From positions 200,767 through 264,766 of the forward strand of contig JAOUOD010000002.1 of the NCBI GenBank assembly GCA_029880545.1: DNA of 64,000 nt, read 5' to 3'. This DNA is from Gammaproteobacteria bacterium. GTDB taxonomy: Bacteria > Pseudomonadota > Gammaproteobacteria > Acidiferrobacterales > SZUA-150. Of this stretch, positions 29,564 to 38,277 are shown one piece after another. The notes below the pieces were generated by a model. That model ran no database searches. It saw nothing but the letters and a program-made list of their open reading frames with translations, and was not told the origin of the DNA. How positions within the stretch are numbered: the first letter of the stretch is position 1; every line of letters starts with the position of its first letter. Position numbers and translations under genes: made by a program.

Positions 29564-31287
29564 GTTGCTCCCCCTGATCCGGCGCGCGCCCAGCGCTTTT
29601 CGACTACAGGCGCATCCGGCGCAACATTAAGAATGCGCATTGCGCCTGACATCACCTTGCCAAATACCGGGGCAGCAACCTGGCCGCCAAAATACTTGCC
29701 TTGCGGATCATCGATCATCACAACCATTACCAGTCGCGGATCCGACGCTGGAATCATTCCGGCAAACAGGGACAGGTACCGGTCATCAGCATACTCACCA
29801 TTTACCAGCTTGTGCACGGTTCCGGTTTTTCCTGCAACCCGGTAATGACGCACCTGTGCTGCAGCACCTGTACCGTCGTCACCAGCAGCCAGTTCGAGCA
29901 TACTTCGCATCTGTCGCGCAGTTTGTACGGACATGACTCTTCTTGGCCTGGCTTCGGCAAGCGGCAATACTGACAGCGGCGTTAACATGCCGTCATTGGC
30001 AAACGCAGTATAGGCACGCGCCAATTGCAAGGCGGTAACGGACAAGCCGTAACCAAACGACATCACGGCCTGGTCTATTTTTACCCAGCGCTCGGCCTTC
30101 GGCAGGTTCCCATCAACCTCGCCCGGAAGATTGATCCCGGTAAGCTCACCAAAACCCGCGCCTGCAAAAAAATCCCGCATCACCTCACGGTTCATGGCCA
30201 GTGCAATTCTTGCAGCACCGACGTTGCTGGATTTCTGTATTACCCCGGCAACACTCAGCATGCCATTTTTGTGTTCATCACGAATGGTTGCCGCACCCAC
30301 TTTCACGACTCCCGGCGTGGTATCGATACGAGAGCCTGGCGTATACAGGCCAGACTCCAGGGCGGCGGCGACAGTAAATGGTTTTACCGTTGAACCCGGT
30401 TCAAATACATCGGTCACTGCCCGGTTGCGGAAATTGTTACTGCGAAGATCCAGGCGATTATTGGGATTGAAGTCCGGCGCATTGGCCATTGCCAGTATCT
30501 CACCGGTTTTTGCATCCAGAATAACGGCTGAACCACCACGCGCCTTGTGCCGCAACACGGTCTCCGTCAGCTCACGATAAACTAGATACTGCAGGCGGCG
30601 ATCCAGGCTGATTCGCATATCGCTGCCAGGAATAGCGCGCTGAATCTGATCAACACTTTCTACAGCCTTTCCATGCCTGTCCTTGAATACCTGGACTTTT
30701 CCAGGTTGCGCCGCCAGCCTGTCATTGAAGACCAGTTCAATTCCCTCCTGCCCCTGGTCATCAATATTGGTAAACCCGAGAACATGGCCTGTCACGGCTC
30801 CGGTCGGGTAGTAACGCCTGTATTCACGCAACAGGGAAACGCCTGGCACGTTTAGTTGGCTGACATGCTCGGCGACGTCCGGCGTTACATGTCGCTTAAG
30901 GTACAGGAATTCACGATCTCGATTCTGTCGAACCAGTCGTGCGACCTGGGCTTCGCTGATATCAAGTACGTGCGCCAGAGACGACCATTGGCTGCGCGCC
31001 TCGACAAACATTCCCGGTTGCACCCATACGGAATCCACCGGCGTGCTTACGGCCAGAGGTGCTCCGTTACGGTCCATAATCATTCCGCGCACCGCGTTTT
31101 CCTTGACTACCCTCAAGTGGCGGGCATTGCCCTGCTTTACGAGAAACTCTGCATTCATAACCTGCAGAAACACTGCCCTGCCGGTCAGAATAGCCATAAC
31201 GATAATAAAACTTGTCAAGACAACACGACGACGCAAACCAAATGCCGCTGGCTTCACGACCCTGATCTTGTTATTTCGTGCTGTCAT
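29560..31287 (-). CDS. ftsI: Peptidoglycan D,D-transpeptidase FtsI (PBP3)
   Basis: 575 aa with an N-terminal TM anchor and the transpeptidase motifs STVKP, SSN and KTGT. Confidence 0.95.
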   Translation of the reverse strand: MTARNNKIRVVKPAAFGLRRRVVLTSFIIVMAILTGRAVFLQVMNAEFLVKQGNARHLRVVKENAVRGMIMDRNGAPLAVSTPVDSVWVQPGMFVEARSQWSSLAHVLDISEAQVARLVRQNRDREFLYLKRHVTPDVAEHVSQLNVPGVSLLREYRRYYPTGAVTGHVLGFTNIDDQGQEGIELVFNDRLAAQPGKVQVFKDRHGKAVESVDQIQRAIPGSDMRISLDRRLQYLVYRELTETVLRHKARGGSAVILDAKTGEILAMANAPDFNPNNRLDLRSNNFRNRAVTDVFEPGSTVKPFTVAAALESGLYTPGSRIDTTPGVVKVGAATIRDEHKNGMLSVAGVIQKSSNVGAARIALAMNREVMRDFFAGAGFGELTGINLPGEVDGNLPKAERWVKIDQAVMSFGYGLSVTALQLARAYTAFANDGMLTPLSVLPLAEARPRRVMSVQTARQMRSMLELAAGDDGTGAAAQVRHYRVAGKTGTVHKLVNGEYADDRYLSLFAGMIPASDPRLVMVVMIDDPQGKYFGGQVAAPVFGKVMSGAMRILNVAPDAPVVEKRWARAGSGGAT

Positions 31288-31546
31288 TTGTCTCTCGCTC
31301 GATAATCCGGACCTGCTGCGGCCCCGGCAAAGCCATCCCCATTCGTTTCTGCGCCGCCGCTTCCACCCGCTGGTGGCGTGACCACGCTCCTTCTTCCAGT
31401 AACAGTTTTCCCCATTCTGTATTCAACATGTCGCGCTCTGCACGCAACGCCTGCAACTCGCCAAAATTCATCCGGCTCTGGTGTCGCATGCCTATCACCG
31501 CCACGGCTGAGGCAAGGATTAGCACAACCAGAATGCTGCTACGCAT
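31271..31546 (-). CDS. ftsL: Cell division protein FtsL
   Basis: 91-aa bitopic protein (MRSSILVVLILASAVAVIG... followed by a leucine-zipper-like segment). The ATG at 31546 overlaps the rsmH stop by 8 nt. The longer 152-aa ORF in the track is an upstream extension into rsmH. Confidence 0.85.
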   Translation of the reverse strand: MRSSILVVLILASAVAVIGMRHQSRMNFGELQALRAERDMLNTEWGKLLLEEGAWSRHQRVEAAAQKRMGMALPGPQQVRIIERETNDSTK

Positions 31547-32486
31547 AGGCTGCAGTCGTTCTTTGGGCAATCCGCAACACCGCGCTACGTGCCCGCGGAT
31601 TTCTGTCACACTCAGCGGTCCCGGCCTTTTGTGCCTTACCGATTCTGCGCAATACCGGTTCCGGCAAACTGTCTTCGGTAACCGGCAGATCGGGTGGCAG
31701 GTTTCCTCGCTTCTCCAGGCCGGAAACAAATCGCTTCACCATGCGATCTTCCAGTGAATGAAAACTGATAATGGCAAGGCGACCACCCGCCTTGAGCGAA
31801 CGCACGCACTGGGGTAGCACTGCCTCAATCTCTTCAAGCTCACGATTCACGGCGATACGGATAGCCTGGAAACTGCGAGTAGCCGGATCCTTCTTGCGCT
31901 CCCGGGTCGGCACAGCTTCGGCAATCAAGCCGGCCAATTGTGCTGTTGTTGTGATCGGGCTGTCTTCTCGCTCACGAACAATCGTCCGGGCAATTCGTTT
32001 GGCAAACCGTTCTTCGCCATATTCTTTCAATACCCGCACCAACTCCTGTTCAGATACGGAAGCCAGCCAATCGGCAGCACTCATGCCTTGCGTCGTGTCC
32101 ATGCGCATATCCAGTGGACCGTCGTTACGAAAACTGAACCCGCGGCTGGCATCATCCAGCTGAGGTGACGACACACCCAGGTCCAGGAGAATCCCGTCCA
32201 GCTGTCGATGCCAACCCTGTTCCATTACTGTTTGCTCAAGCATGGAAAATGACCTGCCAATAAATTTGAACCTTTCGTCGGCAGCAAAATGGGATGTCGC
32301 CCATTGCCCGGCTTGCGGGTCCCTGTCCAGGGCAAGCAAGCGGCCTCGATCATCAAGCTGGTCAAGAATGGCGCGGCTGTGACCGCCGCGGCCGAATGTT
32401 CCGTCCACGTAGCGACCATCGGGCCTGATAGCCAGGCCTTCGATGCAGGCGTCAAGCAGTACCGGTAGATGCGAGTGCTCATTCAC
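31539..32486 (-). CDS. rsmH: 16S rRNA (cytosine1402-N4)-methyltransferase RsmH (MraW)
   Basis: 315 aa with the motifs HLPVLL, DGTFGRGGHS and LDLGVSSPQLD. It is the second gene of the dcw cluster. Confidence 0.96.
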   Translation of the reverse strand: MNEHSHLPVLLDACIEGLAIRPDGRYVDGTFGRGGHSRAILDQLDDRGRLLALDRDPQAGQWATSHFAADERFKFIGRSFSMLEQTVMEQGWHRQLDGILLDLGVSSPQLDDASRGFSFRNDGPLDMRMDTTQGMSAADWLASVSEQELVRVLKEYGEERFAKRIARTIVREREDSPITTTAQLAGLIAEAVPTRERKKDPATRSFQAIRIAVNRELEEIEAVLPQCVRSLKAGGRLAIISFHSLEDRMVKRFVSGLEKRGNLPPDLPVTEDSLPEPVLRRIGKAQKAGTAECDRNPRARSAVLRIAQRTTAAYA

Positions 32487-32510
32487 GCTCCAGGTCCCGA
32501 CACGTCACGA

Positions 32511-32969
32511 TTAAAGGGAAATGGAACTGAGTTCAGGCGGCATATCGCCATCATCATCGTCCCCCTCCTCCAGCCAGGCAGCTCGCCGGGCTGACCAGGT
32601 CTCCTCGGACCAGATTTCAAACTTGTTACCCTGACCAATTAATACCGCCGACTTGTCCAAACCGGCGAAATCCCGCAATGGCGCCGGCAACAGGATTCGG
32701 CCATTGCCATCCAGCTCACACTCGATGGCATGCCCGATCAGCAAGCGTTGCAGGCGACGAACTGACTTGCTCAAACTCGGCAACTTGACCAACTTTCGTT
32801 CAATGTCTTCCCAGTCAGGCAAGGGATACAGCAACAAGCAGTTCTCACGACTATCAACAGTAAGTACCAACTGACCCTGACAGCGGGCCACTAAGGCATC
32901 GCGATGGCGCGTGGGTATCGCCAATCGACCCTTGCTATCGAGGTTTAAGTTATTGACTCCGCGAAACAT
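32511..32969 (-). CDS. mraZ: Transcriptional regulator MraZ
   Basis: 152 aa with a duplicated SpoVT/AbrB-like MraZ domain (MFRGVNNLNLDSKGRLAIPTRHRD ... DGNGRILLP). It is the first gene of the dcw cluster. Confidence 0.96.
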   Translation of the reverse strand: MFRGVNNLNLDSKGRLAIPTRHRDALVARCQGQLVLTVDSRENCLLLYPLPDWEDIERKLVKLPSLSKSVRRLQRLLIGHAIECELDGNGRILLPAPLRDFAGLDKSAVLIGQGNKFEIWSEETWSARRAAWLEEGDDDDGDMPPELSSISL

Positions 32970-32993
32970 TTTTTCCCACTTGGCTCCTAGTTA

Positions 32994-33019
32994 GCCCACT
33001 GGTTCCCACAAATTCCCAC
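32994..33019 (-). promoter_or_regulatory. MraZ-box direct repeats (three GTGGG boxes with 10-bp phasing)
   Basis: The minus strand reads GTGGGA-ATTT-GTGGGA-ACCA-GTGGGC, immediately downstream of the Pmra -10. A fourth GTGGGA lies at 32974-32979, next to the mraZ start codon. Confidence 0.7.
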
Positions 33020-33027
33020 CATTTCAC

Positions 33028-33057
33028 ACTATAGTGGCCCTACCAATACACTGTCAA
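33028..33057 (-). promoter_or_regulatory. Pmra, sigma70 promoter of the dcw cluster
   Basis: The minus strand reads TTGACA (33057-33052), an 18-nt spacer, then TATAGT (33033-33028). It is preceded by an A/T-rich UP-like tract (33058-33085). Confidence 0.75.
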
Positions 33058-33180
33058 GACAATTTTTTGTTTGAAAATCAATATGTTCGCCTAAAAAGTC
33101 AGGCAAAAGCGGAGGCTGGATTGGCGGAAGACCTGGAACAAACACAGAATGTTTGTTGGCGCTAACAAACTAACCACGCC

Positions 33181-33205
33181 AAAGAAAAAGCCCATAAACT
33201 GGGCT
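33181..33205 (-). terminator. Intrinsic terminator of rnpB
   Basis: The minus strand reads AGCCCA-GTTTA-TGGGCT followed by TTTTTCTTT, about 25 nt after the RNase P RNA 3' end. Confidence 0.7.
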
Positions 33206-33230
33206 TATAAAAGGATGTAGTAAATAAAAA

Positions 33231-33590
33231 GGTAGTCAGCCGATAAGCCGGGTTCTGTCGTGGACAGTCATTCATCTGGGATTTGCGTCGCCACAAACCT
33301 CAAGCAGCCTACCCGGGTGCAGCGCGGGCCGCGCCATTGCACCCCTATTTGGCCTTGCTCCGGGTGGGGTTTTCCATCGCCACCGCATGTTGCCACCGGC
33401 GCGGTGCGCTCTTACCGCACCATTTCACCCTTACCTGTGCGCTGACTGTCGCCAGCGCCATCGGCGGTATACTTTCTGTTGCACTTTCCGTCGACTCACG
33501 CCGCCCAGGCGTTACCTGGCACCCTGCCCTGTGGAGCCCGGACTTTCCTCCCGCGCGTAGAACGCACGAGCGACTGTCTGGCTGACTACC
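33231..33590 (-). ncRNA. rnpB: RNase P RNA (M1 RNA), bacterial type A
   Basis: The minus strand carries the universally conserved blocks GAGGAAAGTCCGGGCTCCACAGGGCAGGGTGCCAGGTAACGCCTGG, GGTAAGGGTGAAA.GGTGCGGTAAGAGCGCACC, CCCGGAGCAAGGCCAAATAGGGG and AGATGAATGACTGTCCACGACAGAACCCGGCTTATCG. P1 pairing joins GGTAGTCAGCC (5') to GGCTGACTACC (3'). Confidence 0.96.
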
Positions 33591-33596
33591 GCCACT

Positions 33597-33626
33597 ATTA
33601 TATAGTGTCCTGAATGGTCTTGCCGA
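33597..33626 (-). promoter_or_regulatory. rnpB promoter candidate
   Basis: The minus strand reads TCGGCA (33626-33621), an 18-nt spacer, then TATAAT (33602-33597). The -10 ends 6 nt before the predicted mature 5' G at 33590. Confidence 0.5.
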
Positions 33627-33653
33627 GAATTCAGAAGCTGGGTGGCACAAACA

Positions 33654-33965
33654 CTAGACGATTAACATCAAAAACAGTGCGGCGATCAGGAAACCTGCAA
33701 CAATACCAAGCCATCGTGGAATTTTGCGGTAGGTCTCGCGCTGACCTTCAGCCATTGCCAACATTTGCGCCGCCATTGCTTGCGGATCTGATTTCATTTC
33801 CCGGCCCGCAGCCTCTGCTTCTTTCTTGTCCTTTAGGTACTTGCGGCCAAATGCCAGGCACTCCGGGCATTGCGGAACATGTTGCTTTAGTGCGGGGTTT
33901 TTCAGTTCACCACGAATAATGAGCCGACGAATATCTGTGCACGTAAAAACAGGGGAACCAGGCAT
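33654..33965 (-). CDS. Small membrane-anchored zinc-finger (zf-HC2 / ZAS-like) anti-sigma-type protein, orphan
   Basis: 103 aa counted from the ATG at 33965, which has GGATAGGA upstream. It carries the HxxxCxxC motif (HVPQCPEC) with an upstream Cys, and a C-terminal TM segment (WLGIVAGFLIAALFLMLIV). The 160-aa ORF in the track is an upstream extension. Confidence 0.55.
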   Translation of the reverse strand: MPGSPVFTCTDIRRLIIRGELKNPALKQHVPQCPECLAFGRKYLKDKKEAEAAGREMKSDPQAMAAQMLAMAEGQRETYRKIPRWLGIVAGFLIAALFLMLIV

Positions 33966-34264
33966 TGTCCTATCCAGGTAGATGTTGTTTCCTGATCGGC
34001 CAAGTGTACCCAAGTCCAGGGCATCAACAAAGGGGTGCCGGACTTCCGCTGGCGCCAACAGGTTTTTCCCTGTACTGCCCAGGCCGGCCGTGCCCGGTCC
34101 TATGACAACTTGTGCGGATATCCATATACCAATCACAGGGCCCTGATGCGTAGCCGCTCCCCAGCCCCACTAAAGTCTCTGCAAACAAATACCGATAAAT
34201 CTAGAGCTTCGAAACAGGAAACAAGGACGGGGTACGCTTCCCCTGCTCAGGGCCAAGGAACAGC

Positions 34265-35407
34265 ATGAAACGAATCAGCCAGACGTTGCTCGAGCAACTG
34301 CAAATTTCGGAAATCGATATTCAACATCGCAAACAATTGCTGAGCCTGGAGGACTCCGACCTTCAGACACTGAGCAAATATCGGTATGTTATTGAAAATA
34401 ACATCGACAAGATTGTCGACGAATTCTACGAGCATCAGACTGAAATAGACGAGGCTGCCCTTCTCATTGGCGATCTGGATACGCTAAAGCGACTGAGGGC
34501 GGCAATGCGAAAATATATACTTTCGCTGTTTGGCGGCTACTACGATGCCAACTATGTCAATAACCGGTTGCGTATCGGTATGGTTCACAAGCGTATCGGT
34601 GTTGAGCCAAAACTCTATATCGCCGGCCTTAACAAGCTGAAGGAAATTATCATCGAACAGTTTGAAAAGGAAATTCCGGAAGAAAATACTCGCGACACAC
34701 TGGCACGACTGTTCTCAAGATTGTTGTCATTCGATACTACGCTGGTATTTGATACCTACATACGAAGCCTGGTAGAAGAAATCAAGAATGCCCGGCAAAA
34801 AACCGCGGATTACGCAGAAAGCCTGGAAAAGAAAGTTCAGGAAAGAACCCAGCAACTAGAAGAGCTGGTCCAACGTGACCCATTGACCGGGCTGTATAAT
34901 CGGCGCGCAATGAAAACAATGCTGCGCTACGAACTTTCTCGTTCCAAACGATCTGACGAACCGGTTTCAGCGATATATTTCGATGTGGATAATTTCAAAC
35001 AAATTAATGATCAGCTTGGTCACCAGACCGGTGATGAAGTTCTCAGCCATATCGGCCTGGTATTGCTGGAATCAGTTCGCGAAACCGACATCCCATGCCG
35101 CTATGGTGGGGATGAGTTTTGTATTATTCTGGGGAACTGCGACGTACAGAATGCCGTTGAGGTTTGTAACAAGATTCTGAATGGATTTAACAACAAATAT
35201 CCTGATTTCTCTCTGAGCATAGGTATCGCCCAGACCGGTCCGGATGAATATGTCGACGATGATCACCTGATTGCTGCTGCCGACAAATGCATGTATGAAG
35301 CGAAGCAGAGTCCCGGTTCACAAATCAACTTCTCACTCAGTGATACCGCCCCTGAGAGCGAAGCCACACGCCGTGCCAATACCAAAACAGCAAACCGGGG
35401 CGGCTGA
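34265..35407 (+). CDS. Globin-coupled sensor diguanylate cyclase (protoglobin-type sensor domain plus GGDEF)
   Basis: 380 aa. The N-terminal ~165 aa carry the sensor-globin signatures: distal Tyr in VDEFYEH and proximal His in RLRIGMVHKRIGVEPKLY. A coiled-coil linker follows. The GGDEF domain has an intact active site (RYGGDEF, aa 279-285) and an RxxD I-site (RETD, aa 272-275). Confidence 0.8.
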   Translation: MKRISQTLLEQLQISEIDIQHRKQLLSLEDSDLQTLSKYRYVIENNIDKIVDEFYEHQTEIDEAALLIGDLDTLKRLRAAMRKYILSLFGGYYDANYVNNRLRIGMVHKRIGVEPKLYIAGLNKLKEIIIEQFEKEIPEENTRDTLARLFSRLLSFDTTLVFDTYIRSLVEEIKNARQKTADYAESLEKKVQERTQQLEELVQRDPLTGLYNRRAMKTMLRYELSRSKRSDEPVSAIYFDVDNFKQINDQLGHQTGDEVLSHIGLVLLESVRETDIPCRYGGDEFCIILGNCDVQNAVEVCNKILNGFNNKYPDFSLSIGIAQTGPDEYVDDDHLIAAADKCMYEAKQSPGSQINFSLSDTAPESEATRRANTKTANRGG

Positions 35408-35409
35408 CC

Positions 35410-36249
35410 TCAGTCACGTGAATGCAGGGCCAGGTCATAAAGCAGGTTGCGACTGACACCGGTAACTTCGCTCGCCAGCCTCGCAGCTTTTTTGACAGGC
35501 AACTCCTGCAACAACAGCTTCAACACCCGTTCAGCCTCCGGCGTCATCCCCAACACATCCGGCGAATGGCCTGCTACAACCAGGACAATCTCACCTCGCC
35601 TCTGGTTCGGATCATCAGTAACAATCCTGGCCAACAATTCAAGGCTGCCGTCGATAATAGTTTCATGAATCTTGGTGAGCTCCCGGGCCAGGGTTGCCTG
35701 CCTGCCCTCCCCGAAAATCGCTGCCATATCTGCCAGCGCTCCCTCTATGCGGTGTGGACTTTCGTAGAAAATGAGAGTTGCAGTTTCGCCGGCCAATTCA
35801 TGCAGCCGTTTTTGCCTGGCACCGGTTTTATGCGGCAGAAACCCTTCAAAAAAGAACCGATCGCTGGGCAGACCGGCAACACTGAGTGCAGCAATGGCCG
35901 CGCTCGGGCCGGGGATCGGGCTGACCGTTATTCCTGCCTCCCGGGCTGCCCGAACCAGGATAAATCCCGGGTCTGAAATCAGCGGGGTTCCCGCGTCGCT
36001 TATCAGGGCAATGGCTTCACCGCCGCGCAGGCGATCCACCAGCCCGGCACTACGATCGCGCTCGTTGTGCTCATGAACTGAAATCAGGGGCTTCTGAATA
36101 CCAAATCGGCTGAGCATTTGTGCGCTATGGCGCGTATCCTCTACGGCAATGCAGTCAACCTCGGCGAGCGTTTTTTGCGCCCGAACGGATAAATCGTCCA
36201 GGTTGCCTATCGGCGTTGCCACTACGTACAGCCGCCCGCGGTTTGACAC
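35410..36249 (-). CDS. rsmI: 16S rRNA (cytidine1402-2'-O)-methyltransferase RsmI
   Basis: 279 aa with the N-terminal motif LYVVATPIGNLDDLS and a tetrapyrrole-methylase fold. It is divergent from lpoA, as in enterobacteria and pseudomonads. Confidence 0.93.
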   Translation of the reverse strand: MSNRGRLYVVATPIGNLDDLSVRAQKTLAEVDCIAVEDTRHSAQMLSRFGIQKPLISVHEHNERDRSAGLVDRLRGGEAIALISDAGTPLISDPGFILVRAAREAGITVSPIPGPSAAIAALSVAGLPSDRFFFEGFLPHKTGARQKRLHELAGETATLIFYESPHRIEGALADMAAIFGEGRQATLARELTKIHETIIDGSLELLARIVTDDPNQRRGEIVLVVAGHSPDVLGMTPEAERVLKLLLQELPVKKAARLASEVTGVSRNLLYDLALHSRD

Positions 36250-36310
36250 AACAACGCCCCCTTACGATACTCTCTGCCACATTGTGCGCCCTATAATAAG
36301 GTAAGCTGAC

Positions 36311-38269
36311 GTGAGTACAACGATGAATTTACAGATATCCCGCCCTGTTCACCTGCTGAACCGCGTCCGGCTCGGCCTGGCAAGCCTGTTTTTTGCCGCC
36401 CTGATGCACGGTTGCGGCACACCGGGGCCGAAACTCCCGGAAGCCGCCGAGCCGGCAACTCTTGAAGGTGCCGCCCGTGCCGAGGCCTCGGACGAATATA
36501 TTTTAGCCGCCCGACAATATGTAAAACTGGCAGAATCCGCAGCCAAAACTGACCGCGCCGGGCTATTCACCAGGGCTGCGGAAGCCTACATCAAGGGCGG
36601 TCAATTTGACTACGCCCAGGCCACGCTGAAGGATATCCAGGCCGGAAAAAATCAACCGGACCTGCGGGCAAGGCAGCTGATACTTTACGCACGTATCGCT
36701 ATCCACGAAGGCAGCAATGAAAAAGCAGCGCGACTACTTTCGCGCGCACGGAAAACATCCGGGGTGCAACCCGCTACCCTGATCCAGGCCTATGATCTGG
36801 AGGCCGAAGTAGAGCTGGCGCTAAACAACCCGGTAGGCGCCGTTAAAAACCTGATTAACCGGGAGCGGCATATCACCGAACCCAGGGATATTGATACCAA
36901 CCAGCTGAAAATCTGGGAAATTCTGAGTCAATTGCCGGTGCGAGAGTTGCGTGATGCACACAACCTCGCCGGCGACCCGGTCTTCCGCGGCTGGACCGAC
37001 CTGGCCCTGAGACAAGCCAAATCACCGGCCACGTTCGGCCGGTCCCTGGGTCAATGGAAAAAAGACCATTCGACCCACCCGGTTACCGAGACAACACTGA
37101 AAACACTCAAGAGCCCGGGGCCGGCGCTAATCGGCCGCATCGGCAGCATCGGCATCCTGTTACCGCTAAGTTCTGCGTCGCATGCCATCAAGCTCGCCGC
37201 CGAGGCGGTCAAGGAAGGCATTATTGCCATGGATAACGCCAGCGCACGCCCGGACAAGCCGCAAATCCGCTTTTACGATACTGGCGACGAGGTCCGCCAG
37301 GCAATGCAACAATTTGCCCAGGCCAAAAAAGATGGCGCCCAGTTCATCATCGGTCCACTCGGCAATGAGGCTGTCGATGCCCTGGTGGCCAATGTCGAGA
37401 TCGATGTGCCAACGTTGTTTTTGAGTCATACCAGCCGGGAAATCGATATTGATAATGTTGCCGTGTTCCAGTTCGGTCTCACACCGGAACAGGAAGCCAA
37501 ACAGGCTGCCGAGCAGGCATATGTTGATGGTCATCGTCACGCAGTCACACTCTACCCCCAGAACCCGTGGGGCGAGCGTATGCGCACAGCGTTCAATGAA
37601 CACTGGTTACGCCTTGGCGGCACGGTCTTGTCAGAAGTGGGGTACAACGAAGACGTGTATGATCACTCGCAAACGATACAACAGCTTTTCGACATCAACA
37701 GTAGCCTCAATCGAAAGACAAGACTCGAAACCATTACTCGCACGCGCCTGGATATGGAGCCGCGGCGACGCCAGGATGTAGATTGTGTGTTCCTGGCAAC
37801 CCGGGCCAAGCAGGGTCGATTGATCAAGCCCCAGCTCAATTATTACCGGGCGCACCAGATTCCGGTTTACGCCACTTCGCACATCTTTACCGGTCGCGAT
37901 GACCGCATCAAGGACCAGGATCTCAACGGCATTCGATTTGGCGACATGCCGTGGATGCTGATAGACAAGGGCGACATACACGAATTGCGCCAGCTGCAGG
38001 GTAACTGGTCCTACGCCAGAACCCAGCTCGACCGACTGTACGCGCTGGGAATGGATGCATATGCGGTTATTCCCCACCTGAACCGCATTGGCAGCGGTTC
38101 AGGTGCAAGATTCAACGGTGTCACCAGCAGCCTGAGCGTTGACCAGGAAGGCAGATTGCACCGGCAACTGGTCTGGGCAAAATTTCAGCGAGGCGTGCCT
38201 TCGCCGTTAAAATCGGAATACCATTATTCAGGCAATCTGAATAATGCAGCACCGGGTGCGGGCCGATAA
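36311..38269 (+). CDS. lpoA: Penicillin-binding protein activator LpoA (lipoprotein)
   Basis: 652 aa with a lipobox (AALMHGC), an N-terminal TPR-like domain and a C-terminal periplasmic-binding-protein-like domain. It sits in the rsmI/lpoA/yraN/diaA/BON synteny. The start is GTG at 36311; an alternative ATG lies at 36323. Confidence 0.88.
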   Translation: MSTTMNLQISRPVHLLNRVRLGLASLFFAALMHGCGTPGPKLPEAAEPATLEGAARAEASDEYILAARQYVKLAESAAKTDRAGLFTRAAEAYIKGGQFDYAQATLKDIQAGKNQPDLRARQLILYARIAIHEGSNEKAARLLSRARKTSGVQPATLIQAYDLEAEVELALNNPVGAVKNLINRERHITEPRDIDTNQLKIWEILSQLPVRELRDAHNLAGDPVFRGWTDLALRQAKSPATFGRSLGQWKKDHSTHPVTETTLKTLKSPGPALIGRIGSIGILLPLSSASHAIKLAAEAVKEGIIAMDNASARPDKPQIRFYDTGDEVRQAMQQFAQAKKDGAQFIIGPLGNEAVDALVANVEIDVPTLFLSHTSREIDIDNVAVFQFGLTPEQEAKQAAEQAYVDGHRHAVTLYPQNPWGERMRTAFNEHWLRLGGTVLSEVGYNEDVYDHSQTIQQLFDINSSLNRKTRLETITRTRLDMEPRRRQDVDCVFLATRAKQGRLIKPQLNYYRAHQIPVYATSHIFTGRDDRIKDQDLNGIRFGDMPWMLIDKGDIHELRQLQGNWSYARTQLDRLYALGMDAYAVIPHLNRIGSGSGARFNGVTSSLSVDQEGRLHRQLVWAKFQRGVPSPLKSEYHYSGNLNNAAPGAGR

Positions 38270-38277
38270 CGACAACC

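Noticed and set aside
31271-31729. 152-aa ORF for ftsL overlapping 190 nt of rsmH.
   Set aside because: The N-terminal 61 residues are Cys/Arg-rich shadow sequence of rsmH. The internal ATG at 31546 yields a typical 91-aa bitopic FtsL.
33137-33160. 8-bp inverted repeat AACAAACA-CAGAA-TGTTTGTT between the rnpB terminator and Pmra.
   Set aside because: It is a short, AT-rich stem with no flanking U-tract or promoter elements, and is plausibly a chance occurrence. There is not enough evidence to call a feature.
33260-33650. Three ORFs in the track (33260-33445 +, 33283-33585 +, 33345-33650 -) of 61-101 aa.
   Set aside because: They lie entirely within the RNase P RNA gene (rnpB, minus strand). 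That gene is identified by long blocks identical to the universal type-A core and by its own promoter and terminator. None of the ORFs has an RBS or protein-like composition.
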